From positions 37,606-101,605 of the forward strand of contig CAVQLY010000017.1 of assembly GCA_963713475.1 (NCBI GenBank): a stretch of 64,000 bases of DNA. Reading direction: 5' to 3'. This document shows, in pieces, positions 9,036 through 17,951 of the stretch. The stretch's first letter is position 1; each line of letters starts with the position of its first letter. Source of the stretch: an uncultured Thermoleophilia bacterium (lineage in GTDB: Bacteria; Actinomycetota; Thermoleophilia; UBA2241). The notes beneath the pieces are model-generated. The model was not told the DNA's origin, ran no database searches, and was given only the letters and a program-made list of their open reading frames with translations. The translations under genes and the position numbers were made by a program.

Positions 9036-9970
9036 CTACTGCCGCTGCAGCCACTTGGCGACGGCGACCCCGGCTCTCGCCCCATCGCCGGCGGCGATGA
9101 TGACCTGCTTGCCGAGCTGGTCCGTGACGTCGCCGGCGGCGAACACGCCGGGGCATCGTCGTCATGAGGTTGCGATCGACCTCGATCTCGCCCGACTCGT
9201 TCACCGGCACGAGACCGCCGGTGAGCTCCTCGGCCGGGATCGAGCCCGTCTCGATGAAGACTCCGTTCACCGGAAGCGTCACTTCGCGCTCGGAGGCGTC
9301 CCGCAGCCGTCACGCCGGTGACGCGCTCTTCCCCCTCGATGCTCGTCACCTGAGACTCCATGCGCAGCTCCACCCGGGGAGCGGCGGCAAGTCTGTCCAT
9401 CAGCGTCGGGGACGCCCTCAGCTGCTTCTGGTCGCAGACCACGGTGACCTCGGCGTCGAGGGCCGCGAGCTGGAGCGCAGCCTCGGCCGCGGACTCGCCC
9501 GGACCGACGACCGCGACCCGCTGCCCGCGGAAGAACGCGGCGTCACAGGTCGCGCAGTAGCTGATGCCGCGCCCGACCAGTTCCTTCTCACCGGGCACGG
9601 CGAGACGTGACGGAGCGCGCCCCGTGGCGATGATCGCGGCGCGCCCGTTCAGTGACAGACCCTCGCGCGAATGGACCTCGAATCCTCCGTCAGACGGCAT
9701 CAGCGCGTCGGCATGCTGCCCGGGGAACGTGTCGACGTCGAACCTGTCCACGTGGTCGCGGAAGTGACGCGCCAGTTCGCCACCGGAGATGGCCGCGAGC
9801 CCAAGGTAGTTGTCGATCTGGCCGGCCCACTGCGCCTGGCCGCCGAGTTCAACGGCGACGACAGCCGTGGTCAGGCCCTGGCGGGCCGTGTAGACGGCGG
9901 CCGCCAGGCCGGCCGGGCCGCCACCGATGATGACCACGTCGTAGAGGTCTCTCGGTCGCTGCTCCGCCAT
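9036..9970 (-). CDS. trxB: thioredoxin-disulfide reductase (apparently frameshifted twice)
   Basis: N-terminus MAEQRPRDLYDVVIIGGGPAGLAAAVY, CATC redox motif (ISYCATCDA), second NAD(P)H GxGxxA motif (VAVVGPGESAAEAA). The C-terminal third (VNGVFIETG..., PGVFAAGDVTDQLGKQVIIAAGDGARAGVAVAKWLQRQ*) is recovered in two other frames; indels near 9285 and 9160 (ccgggg run). Confidence 0.7.
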
Positions 9971-10046
9971 CCGTGCCTCCCCGTTCGAGTGCCCGAGCCG
10001 GGCTCACGTGGAGCATGCCCGGAGGCCGAACGAGGCGAACCGCCTG

Positions 10047-11183
10047 CTAGGCCACCAGCGGCAGGAGCGCCGGCGAGCCGGCGAGCTCGGCCATGAGATC
10101 GCTCGTGCGCAGGATGCGATCCACCCTCGCGGCGGTGGTGCCCGCCGTGTACAGCGGCTGCTCTTCATGGGAGTCGTGGCCGGCGGCGCTGAACAGCCCT
10201 TCGCAGATGCAGAAGAAGTTCTCGTTATCGTGCTTGGCGGCGCACTTGGTGAACCGCCCGTCCGCGTCCTTGAAGAGCACGTAGCCTTTGGTGCATCTCG
10301 GCGGGCGGGCTCGCACCAGCGCCTCCTGGTACATCGGAGACTCGCGGAGCACGCGGAACGGCAGGCCGCAGGGCGAGCCGGGCGCGTTGGCCACGACCAT
10401 GTCTTGAGGGCGTGCCCGCAGGACGGCCGCCTTGTAGGCCGGAGATGCGCTGCTCTCCTCGGTGGCGAGGAAGCGCGTCCCCATCTGCACGCCGTCGGCC
10501 CCGAGGGCGATGAAGCGGCGGATGTCCTCGTGCGAGTAGACGCCGCCGGCGACGATCACCGGCAGGTCGCCGTGCGCCATGGCCACTTCTTTCACCGGCG
10601 GCAGCAGCCGCTCGAGGGTGTTCTCCTCGAGGTCGACCTGGTCGGCGCGGAAGCCGAGGTGGCCGCCGGCCAGAGGGCCTTCGAGCACGACCGCGTCCGG
10701 GCGGGCGCGCAGACGCTCCCAGCGCCGGCAGATGATCTCCAGCGCCCGGGCGGACGAGACGATCGGGATCAGCGCGGTGTTGCGCGCCGGCTGCACGGAC
10801 GGCAGCGAGAGCGGGAGGCCGGCGCCCGAGACGATCGCGTCGGCGCCGGCGTCGATGGCCGCGCGCACAGAGGCGACGAAGTCGCGCTGAAGCGCCACCA
10901 TGATGTTGACTCCGGCGAAACCCCCGCGAGCCTTGGCGGCCTCCACTTCCAGGCGCACGGCCTCGTAGATGCCCACTTTGCGGCCGAGGCGTTTGGAGAC
11001 GATCCGGTCGAGACCCGCACTGGAGACCAGGCCCAGACCGCCTGCGACGGCGACGGCGGACGCCAGCGGAGAAAGGGACACGCCGACGCCCATTCCACCT
11101 TGGAAGATCGGCAGAGCGAGTTGCATGCCCTTGAGGGCGAGGAGCGGAAGCGAGGAAGGATCGACTAACAAGACTAAAATCAT
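10047..11183 (-). CDS. nitronate monooxygenase (NMO) / enoyl-ACP reductase FabK-like FMN oxidoreductase
   Basis: LPIFQGGMGVGVS FMN-binding N-terminus, ...VVLEGPLAGGHLG, VIVAGGV motifs typical of NMO family; start uncertain (ATG 11183 is followed by TTA/ATT codons unusual for this GC; ATG at 11126 is an alternative). Confidence 0.65.
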   Translation of the reverse strand: MILVLLVDPSSLPLLALKGMQLALPIFQGGMGVGVSLSPLASAVAVAGGLGLVSSAGLDRIVSKRLGRKVGIYEAVRLEVEAAKARGGFAGVNIMVALQRDFVASVRAAIDAGADAIVSGAGLPLSLPSVQPARNTALIPIVSSARALEIICRRWERLRARPDAVVLEGPLAGGHLGFRADQVDLEENTLERLLPPVKEVAMAHGDLPVIVAGGVYSHEDIRRFIALGADGVQMGTRFLATEESSASPAYKAAVLRARPQDMVVANAPGSPCGLPFRVLRESPMYQEALVRARPPRCTKGYVLFKDADGRFTKCAAKHDNENFFCICEGLFSAAGHDSHEEQPLYTAGTTAARVDRILRTSDLMAELAGSPALLPLVA

Positions 11184-11219
11184 ACGATATTCCGCGACGA
11201 GAAGCCAGCCGACGCCGCG

Positions 11220-12143
11220 TCAGCCGAGCAGCTGCCAGAGCAGGACCCCGGCGATGACCAGCGGAGTGGAGACGGCGACGAGCAGCCGCGCGAGCTCCTT
11301 GTCGAGGTCGAAGACCGCCGCTACCACCATGGTGTAGAAGGCGACGGGCATCGCCGCGAGCAGGAGGAACACGGCGGGGATGTGGACGCCGGCAAGCCAG
11401 CCCAGCACCAGCAGGATGACCGGCGCAACGGCGCAGCGCAGGACCACGGTCACCGCGCCCCGCCACAGGTCACCGCGGTCGTGGCGCAGCGGCTCCAGCG
11501 AGACGGCGAGGCCGAGCTGGAGGAACCCGACGAACCCGATCAGCAACCCGACCACCGGCCCGATGGGGTCGAGCACCACGGTGAGGTCCACGCCCAGCAG
11601 CCGCAGCGCAACGGCCGCCGCGCCGACGACGACCGGCGGATTGAGGAGCCAGGTGCGCAGCACCTGCCACGCGCCGAGAGCCCGGCCCCCGCGCGACTCC
11701 GGCCCGGCATAGTGCCGCGCGATCCCCAGGATGACGCCCGGGGTCGGGATCAGGAACTGGAACTCGGTGAAGACCACGGCCAGCGCCAGGCCGGGGCCGC
11801 CGAAGATGAGGGTCGCGAAGGGATACCCGAGGATCGCCGTGTTGCCCAGGGTGGTCGCGTAGGCCATGACGCCGGCCTCACCCCGGCTGCGGCTGCCGAA
11901 CCGCCCCCACAGCATGCCGACGAGGAGCGTGAGCCACGCGGCCGCGACCACGCAGACGAACGCGGCCACGATCTCCGGTCGCACCGCGACGGTCGTGTAC
12001 GCGTACGCCACGGTGAGCGGCGAGAGCACCCAGAGCACGAACATGAACACCAGGTGCGAGGCCCGCTGGGGGTCGCGCAGCCGTCGCTGCAGCGCGACGC
12101 CGGCGGCGAAGCAGGCCAGCCAGCCGGCGATGGAGATCAGCAC
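11220..12143 (-). CDS. AEC-family (auxin efflux carrier / malate permease-like) transporter
   Basis: 307-aa polytopic membrane protein with two hydrophobic repeat halves typical of AEC transporters. Confidence 0.55.
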   Translation of the reverse strand: MLISIAGWLACFAAGVALQRRLRDPQRASHLVFMFVLWVLSPLTVAYAYTTVAVRPEIVAAFVCVVAAAWLTLLVGMLWGRFGSRSRGEAGVMAYATTLGNTAILGYPFATLIFGGPGLALAVVFTEFQFLIPTPGVILGIARHYAGPESRGGRALGAWQVLRTWLLNPPVVVGAAAVALRLLGVDLTVVLDPIGPVVGLLIGFVGFLQLGLAVSLEPLRHDRGDLWRGAVTVVLRCAVAPVILLVLGWLAGVHIPAVFLLLAAMPVAFYTMVVAAVFDLDKELARLLVAVSTPLVIAGVLLWQLLG

Positions 12144-12317
12144 CGTGGGTCCCGGACCCGGTCGGCTCTGTCGCGGCGAAGACGCATGGGCCGTGAGTCT
12201 CTCACACGCGACCGCAGCCGTTGACGATCACGGACGCCGGGGGGCGGCGCCCATCGGGCGCCGCCCCCCGCTCCCCTCTGAAGATTCGGCGAGGATGCTG
12301 CCCTCACCGCCGCTCTG

Positions 12318-12788
12318 CTAATAGATCCCGAACCAGCCGTACCCGCGGAACTTCTGGTAGCCCGTCGTCGCACCCGCGTAGGACGCACCGGGCGGGATCA
12401 TCGCGGATGCACGGAACTTCCCGCGGTGTACCGGCTTGAACTTCCAGCTGTAGATCCCCGTCGCGGTGACCGTGCAGTCGACCGTCACACGGGTCGCCCA
12501 CTTGTGCGCCACCCGCTTCTGCACGACGATCGTGACCACGCCCCCCAGGTCGGCGGGGGTCACCTTCCCTGGATCCCCACCTTGTGCCCGAGCTTGGCGC
12601 TGGCTGCCGTCAGGAACCCGCCGGTCAGGCCGCTGAACGTGATCGTCAGGCTGGGCGTGGGCAGCGCGCCGACAGCCGCCGATCCCGGGCTCGCGGCGCC
12701 GCCAGCGACCGCCGGCGCCGCACCCCACTCCGATGATCAAGACGGCGACCAGGCACAGCACGATCGACGTGGTCCTCTTGAGAGACAT
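12318..12788 (-). CDS. hypothetical lipoprotein with Ig-like beta domain (internal frameshifts)
   Basis: Signal/lipobox LIIGVGCG, RBS AAGGAGG. The middle Arg-rich stretch is out of frame; the alternate frame gives AAPAVAGGAASPGSAAVGALPTPSLTITFSGLTGGFLTAASAKLGHKVGIQG, joining to VTPADLGGVVTIVVQKRVAHKWATRVTVDCTVTATG... Shifts at G/C runs (~12725, ~12580). Confidence 0.45.
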   Translation of the reverse strand: MSLKRTTSIVLCLVAVLIIGVGCGAGGRWRRREPGIGGCRRAAHAQPDDHVQRPDRRVPDGSQRQARAQGGDPGKVTPADLGGVVTIVVQKRVAHKWATRVTVDCTVTATGIYSWKFKPVHRGKFRASAMIPPGASYAGATTGYQKFRGYGWFGIY

Positions 12789-12872
12789 GGTGTCCTCCTT
12801 GGTTCGGCCTCCTCCACGGAGGCAGATCGGTTGAAGCCTCCCTCCAGCGTCAGTTTGGAGGCTCGAGGCGTG

Positions 12873-12900
12873 GTCGTCTTCACCGGAATCAGGTGAATCT
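12873..12900. promoter_or_regulatory. copy 1 of 26-bp palindromic motif (gtcgtcTTCACCGGAATCaGGTGAAtct), ~90 bp upstream of lipoprotein gene 12318..12788
   Basis: Near-perfect inverted repeat shared with five other intergenic sites. Confidence 0.6.
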
Positions 12901-12965
12901 CTGCCCGCGCCTGGCGCGGGAGCCAGTTGCTGCGTGTGTCCACGACCCCCAGCGGGAGTTCGGGT

Positions 12966-13574
12966 TTACGGGGTTGGTGAGGCGGACACCGGCAGGAACT
13001 TGAAGTTCCCGCTCAGGTCCATGTAGGCGAAGGTGCCTGCCGGGTAGGCCCAGCCCTCATCGTGCTCCTGCCAGCGCACGAAGCGGATCTCGGGGGCCCA
13101 GACCACGCCGTCGGGGTCGGTGCCGGGGTCGCCGCTCATGGCGCTGAGGAAGGCCAGGACGTAGTGACGCCCGGCCTCCAGCACGACCGGCTCGATCGGC
13201 TCGTAGCGGAAGAGACCGTCCAGCTCGCTGGCATCGCCGACGGTGACGGTCGGCGTGACGGCCTTCTTGTAGGAGTCGTAGATGACGACCTTGTGGTCGT
13301 TGCGCAGGCCGTCCTGGCCGTGGTCGTAGAAGCCGAGGGCGCTGACCTCGATGTCGACCAGGGGCACGAACTGGAGACCGCCGGTGCCTCCCGAGGGCTA
13401 CACCGACTCAACCGGCTTCTGGTCGGCAGGGAACGTGACCGCGGCCACCGGGGTCGTGCGCATCGGCAGGTCGGCCGGTGTCGTCGTTCCCGAGCCGCAG
13501 GCGGCGAGGGCGAGCGCGGCGAGCAGCACCAGCGCGGCGCAGATGGACATACGAGCTGCTTCCCGCACCTTCAT
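12966..13574 (-). CDS. hypothetical lipoprotein (in-frame TAG at 13398-13400)
   Basis: Start ATG 13574 gives MKVREAARMSICAALVLLAALALAACGSG lipoprotein signal. The frame continues through one TAG (ESV*PSGG) into the 133-aa ORF 12966..13367. The signal peptide is paralogous to that of gene 15811..16946. Confidence 0.4.
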
Positions 13575-13638
13575 CACCGGCTCCTCTCCCCGCGATGCTG
13601 CTGTTGCGTCTCCTCGTCACGCGGCTCGCGGGCGACGG

Positions 13639-14199
13639 CTACCTCGACCTGCAAGGCGGCAGCCACCAGGCGCCCGAGTAGTTGGCGACGCCGGTGCCGC
13701 TCTCGGCTTCCGCGACCACGTCCTCGGTCCACGTCCCCATCCCGAAGAGGCCCTTGAGCCCGCCGGTGCCCCTCACGACCGACCAGTGGCCCGTCATCGG
13801 GGTCCCCTCGGGCACGCCAGCCGGGATCTCGACGGTCAGCGCGATGTCCGCAGTCCCGTAGTGGCCGGCGACCTTGCCTCTGAAGCCGATCGAGATCAGG
13901 GCCCAAGCGTCGCCCTCAGGGCCACCGTAGACGCACCAGGGCTCGACGGACTTGCCGTTGAACGTGCCTGTCCAGGTCCCACGCTCACGGTCGTTGAAGC
14001 TGTACGACAAATCGTTGAGCATGGCGCCCCATTCGATGCCGTAGTCGACGTAGGTCCACGTCCACACCCCCGAGGCCGGCGCCAGCACCGGGGTCGGCGG
14101 CGCGGGCTTGGCAGAGGCCGCCGGGGCGAGCATCCCCACCAGGATCGCGACGACGCACACCAGCAGGACTCCCCATCGTGCCCGTCTCATCGTCTCCAT
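13639..14199 (-). CDS. hypothetical secreted protein (~186 aa)
   Basis: METMRRARWGVLLVCVVAILVGMLAPAASA signal peptide; the rest of ORF-track ORF 13639..15063 upstream of 14199 is antisense shadow of the MFS gene. Confidence 0.5.
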   Translation of the reverse strand: METMRRARWGVLLVCVVAILVGMLAPAASAKPAPPTPVLAPASGVWTWTYVDYGIEWGAMLNDLSYSFNDRERGTWTGTFNGKSVEPWCVYGGPEGDAWALISIGFRGKVAGHYGTADIALTVEIPAGVPEGTPMTGHWSVVRGTGGLKGLFGMGTWTEDVVAEAESGTGVANYSGAWWLPPCRSR

Positions 14200-14290
14200 C
14201 TCTCTCGCGCGCACACTGGGTGCGCCTACAGGCTTCCGGCCGCCTCTCAGGCCGGCTTCCCCGCTACCGTAGAAGCGCCGCACCCACCCT

Positions 14291-14316
14291 GTCTTCACCG
14301 GAATCCGATGATTCTC
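14291..14316. promoter_or_regulatory. copy 2 of palindromic motif (GTCTTCACCGGAATCCGATGATTCTC), ~95 bp upstream of 13639..14199
   Basis: Sequence identity with other copies. Confidence 0.6.
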
Positions 14317-14375
14317 GGACGGTGACGAGCGTGGAGCAGGCAGCGTCCTCCTCCTTCGGCGATCCATGGGCGGGG

Positions 14376-15731
14376 TCAGTCGACGGGCCGGCCCCTCGGA
14401 GCGCCCGCCGGAGGCGCGGGCACGGCGATCCCGGTGGCCGCCTCCTCGCCCAGGCGCTCGGTCCGCAGGCCGAGCGCCCGGACCGACGGCACCGAGACCG
14501 CCAGCACGGAGAGCAGCGCCATCCCCACACCGGCGACGGCGATCACGCCGTCGAAGCTGAGGCGGATGAGGAAGCCGGCGAAGAGTTGCGACACCGGGAC
14601 CAGTCCGATCGACGCCAGCACCATCAGGCTCATCATGCGACCTTGCAGGGCCGGCACGGTCATGCGCTGCAGCCAGGTGATGAACAGCAGTCCGATGTAG
14701 CCGTTGATGAGCCCCATCCCGGCGGCCAGTGCCGCGATGCCGAGAAGCGTCGACCCCAGCGCGATGAGGCTGAAGAGGACGCCCATCACGATCGCCAGGA
14801 GTGGCAGCATGGACCCGAACAGCCTGGGCGGCGGGGGCGGCAGCACGCCGGCGAGCAGGATGCCGACAAGCGACCCGCCACCCTGCGCCGACACGATGAC
14901 GCCGAAGGCGACCGCGCCCTGGAGGCGGCTCTCGGCGATCAGAGGGATGCCGACCGTGAAGGGTCCGACGATCAGCAGGTTGACGCCGAGCAGCAGTCCG
15001 AAGACCACCCGGAGCGCCGAGTCGTGCCAGACAAAGGCGAGGCCCTCGCTGATGGACTGCCACAGGCTCTGCGCCTTCTGCGCGGCCGATGCGGCGGACG
15101 CCTGCGCGCGCAGGAGCGCCAGCGTGACGACCGAGATGAGGAAGGTCACCGCGTCGACGGCGAAGGCGAGGCCGATGCCGGTGAGGCCGTGCCCAGCCTC
15201 GCCCTGCCCGCCGGCGAACAGCGCGATGACTGCGCCGGCGAGCGCCGGCCCGACGAACAGGCTGGCCTGCGCCGTCCCCTGCACGGCGGTGTTGCCCAGC
15301 GGCAGATCATCGCCCTGCACCACACGGGGCACGATCGCCGTCTGTGCCGGGAAGAAGAATGCGTCGGCGACGCCGAACGCGAGAGCATACGCGTAGACCA
15401 TCCAGAGCTCCACGCGCCCGGAGATGACGACAGCCGCGAACAGCGCGGTCAGGACGAGCCGCGCCAGGTTGGAGACGAGCATCACTGCGCGCGGCGAGTA
15501 ACGGTCCGTGACTGCGCCGCCGACGAGCATGAGCACGGCGCGAGGGAAGGCGGCTGCGGCGAGGACGCCTCCGACCGCCACGGGGCTGCCCGTCAGCTTC
15601 ACGACCAGCCACGGCAGGGCGATGAGCTCGAACTGGTCGCCGATCAGGGAGACGGCCTCGCCGCCCCAGAGCAGGCGGAAGTCCCGGCCGCCGATGAGAC
15701 GTGCGAACGATGGGCGCCCCGGCTCCGTCAT
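14376..15731 (-). CDS. MFS transporter
   Basis: 12 predicted TM helices; start MTEPGRPSFARLIGGRDFRLLWGGEAVSLIGDQF typical MFS N-terminus; conserved GR[KR] loop motifs. Confidence 0.75.
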   Translation of the reverse strand: MTEPGRPSFARLIGGRDFRLLWGGEAVSLIGDQFELIALPWLVVKLTGSPVAVGGVLAAAAFPRAVLMLVGGAVTDRYSPRAVMLVSNLARLVLTALFAAVVISGRVELWMVYAYALAFGVADAFFFPAQTAIVPRVVQGDDLPLGNTAVQGTAQASLFVGPALAGAVIALFAGGQGEAGHGLTGIGLAFAVDAVTFLISVVTLALLRAQASAASAAQKAQSLWQSISEGLAFVWHDSALRVVFGLLLGVNLLIVGPFTVGIPLIAESRLQGAVAFGVIVSAQGGGSLVGILLAGVLPPPPPRLFGSMLPLLAIVMGVLFSLIALGSTLLGIAALAAGMGLINGYIGLLFITWLQRMTVPALQGRMMSLMVLASIGLVPVSQLFAGFLIRLSFDGVIAVAGVGMALLSVLAVSVPSVRALGLRTERLGEEAATGIAVPAPPAGAPRGRPVD

Positions 15732-15810
15732 GACCGGCTCCTCCACGTCAGCGCACTCACTTCCGAGGGGACGTCTACGCCCGGGCGGCGCGGAGTTCAA
15801 GCGTTTCGGG

Positions 15811-16946
15811 CAGCCGGGTGGCCGCGAGCCTCACTCCGGCCGCCAGGCGGCGTCTCTCGCCCCGGTGACGCCGGGGATGGCCGAGAGCGGAACCCCGCCC
15901 TTCACGCTTGACATAGGGGCGACGACCAAGGACGAAGACTCCCAGACCATGCCTGTGTTCGGCACCACCGACAGCCCCGTGCCGTCGGTGTTCACCACGT
16001 AGAGTGCGGACCCGGGGCAGAAGCCGCCGTAGGTGCTGGCGAACGCGAGGGCCTTGCCGTCCGGCGACCAGGTCAGGGCGACGCCGTAGGTGGCGCCGTA
16101 CCTGTCGACCCCGACGTAGCCTTCGCCGTTACCTTGTCGACCACCGTGACGGGGTCGCCGCCGGCGACGGGCAGGAGCACGATGCGGTCGGTGAGCTCCT
16201 CGTAGACGGCGAACGTCTTGCCGTCGGGCGAGAGCGCGAAGTGGCTGACGTCCCCGTCGTCGGTCATGCGCTTGAGTCCCGTGCCGTCCGGACGCACGGC
16301 CCAGACGTCGGCCCCGCCTCTGATGAAGAGGATCTTCGCGCTCGGCGCCCAGTTGGTCCAGGCGTCGCTATCCACGTCCGTGACCGTTTGGAGGCCGCCG
16401 CCGCTCGCGTTCACGACGGAGATGCCGTTCTTCCTCGCCCCGGGACGAGCTGTTGTGGAAGGCGATCCGCGTGCCGTCGGGCGACCAGGCGGGGTCATAG
16501 CCTCGGGCATCGCCCGTTGTCAGCTTGCGCTGGCCGGAGCCGTCGGCATTCATGACCCACACCGTGTAGAGCTTCCCCTCTGGGTTGCGCAGGCCGGAAT
16601 GGCAGTAGGCGATGCGCGTGCCGTCGGGCGACCAGACCGGCCCGTCCAGGGAGTAGCCGGCCTCGGAGGCCAGCGGCGTGAGGCCGGTGCCGTCCCCGTT
16701 GATCACGTAGATCTCCCCGAACTGCTGCTCGTTGACCTTCGCGAACACGAAGGTGCCGGCGACGCTCGCCGCCGGCAAGGGCGTCGCGCTCGACGACGTC
16801 GCGAGCGAGACCGCCTCCTGGCTGGACGCAGGCGACGGCGAGCTCGACGCCGTCGTGCTCGAGTCGCCGCAGGCGGCGAGGACGAGCGCCGCGAGCAGCA
16901 CGAGCGCGGCACAGATGGACAGACGAGATGCTTGCGCTTCCTTCAT
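15811..16946 (-). CDS. TolB-like beta-propeller lipoprotein (fragmented by >=2 frameshifts; 3' end approximate)
   Basis: MKEAQASRLSICAALVLLAALVLAACGDSS lipoprotein signal, then repeated (W)SPDG(T/K)(R)IA(F/Y) PD40-type blades continuing in ORFs 16368..17030, 16073..16510 and a third frame down to ~15811. Confidence 0.5.
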
Positions 16947-17003
16947 GACCGGCCCCTTCCCGTCGCTAGTCTCACTCCCGAGGGGCCGGTCCCCACAAAG
17001 CAC

Positions 17004-17047
17004 GAAGACCGACCCGCGGGTCGGTCTCACCAGTGGCTCCCCGCCGG
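17004..17047. repeat. leader module A: hairpin GAAGACCGACCCGCGGGTCGGTCTC + ACCAGTGGCTCCCCGCCGG (copy 1), upstream of lipoprotein gene 15811..16946
   Basis: Nearly identical module at 17723..17766 upstream of a different gene. Confidence 0.6.
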
Positions 17048-17212
17048 ATGAAGGTGGCCGTCAGGTGCCTCCGGCGGATCCTCGCCTCCCGTGTGCAGCG
17101 CTGCACTTCTCAGGAGTCTCGTATGGGGACGGTCTACGCCGGAACGGCAGGGACTTCAAGCGTTTTGGGGTGGTCGCGGCTGAAGTCGCCGGTGGCGGCG
17201 CGCACTCGTCCC

Positions 17213-17238
17213 GTCTTCACCGGGATCCGGTGATTCGT
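17213..17238. promoter_or_regulatory. copy 3 of palindromic motif (GTCTTCACCGGGATCCGGTGATTCGT)
   Basis: Sequence identity with other copies; ~270 bp upstream of lipoprotein start 16946. Confidence 0.6.
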
Positions 17239-17263
17239 CTCAGTGCGGGATCGATGCGAGGGT

Positions 17264-17668
17264 CAGCTGACCGGCCTCGCCGGTGGCGCGTGGTGCGCTC
17301 GTCTCGATGTGACCCAGGTGACTACAGCCCCGATGATGCCCACCACAAGTGCGGCGGGGCAGACGAAGATGGCGATGAGGAAGAAGACGCCTCCGCCCCC
17401 GATGCCGGCGTTCTCCAACGTCACACTGAGCGAGTGTGCACGCGATGAACGCCAGGACCGATGCGCCGGTCAGGAGGAGGAACCGCCTCGAGGTCCTCCA
17501 GGGATGAGCGACGGCCAGCACCAGGGCGATGGCCGAGAGCCACGCGAGCGACCCGCCCACAGGATTGTCGTCCATGCCCACGACGCCGGCTGCGGCTGCC
17601 AGAGCCCCGCACACCACGAAGAAGATCAGCGTCGTCTTCCACTGCGCTTTCGAGAATGCCTCGAACAT
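17264..17668 (-). CDS. small 4-TM membrane protein (frameshift near 17390)
   Basis: MFEAFSKAQWKTTLIFFVVCGALAAAAGVVG... has three TM helices. A fourth TM (GVFFLIAIFVCPAALVVGIIGAVVTWV) and the stop lie in another frame after a G-run. Confidence 0.4.
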
Positions 17669-17722
17669 GGCTCCGACTCCTCTCTGGCCCCCCGGCTCAG
17701 AGGAGGTTCCCCAAGAACCGCA

Positions 17723-17766
17723 GAGACCGGCCTCGCGGGCCGGTCTCACCAGTGACTCCCCGCCGG
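17723..17766. repeat. leader module A copy 2 (GAGACCGGCCTCGCGGGCCGGTCTC + ACCAGTGACTCCCCGCCGG)
   Basis: Aligned with 17004..17047; hairpin arms co-vary (compensatory changes keep the stem). Confidence 0.6.
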
Positions 17767-17841
17767 TGTGCGGTGGCCGCGTGCAGCCGCCGGCGGATCG
17801 ACGCCTCCCACGTTCTGATTATGCCCACTCGACCCATCGGT

Positions 17842-17867
17842 GTCTTCACCGGAATCCGGTGATTCTT
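17842..17867. promoter_or_regulatory. copy 4 of palindromic motif (GTCTTCACCGGAATCCGGTGATTCTT)
   Basis: Best (perfect 9+9) palindrome copy; ~175 bp upstream of 17264..17668. Confidence 0.6.
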
Positions 17868-17951
17868 CACCCGCCCGTCAGCGAGGCTGCCGCGCGATAG
17901 CAACGGCCGCTTCGGGGGTCGATACGGTGACCTCCGATCCGGCTCTCGACG

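Noticed and set aside
13639-15063. 474-aa minus-strand ORF in the six-frame track
   Set aside because: Only the last ~186 codons (from ATG 14199, with signal peptide) look protein-like. The upstream 290 codons are Arg/Pro/Gly-rich shadow of the MFS gene region, a typical spurious long ORF in 70% GC DNA.
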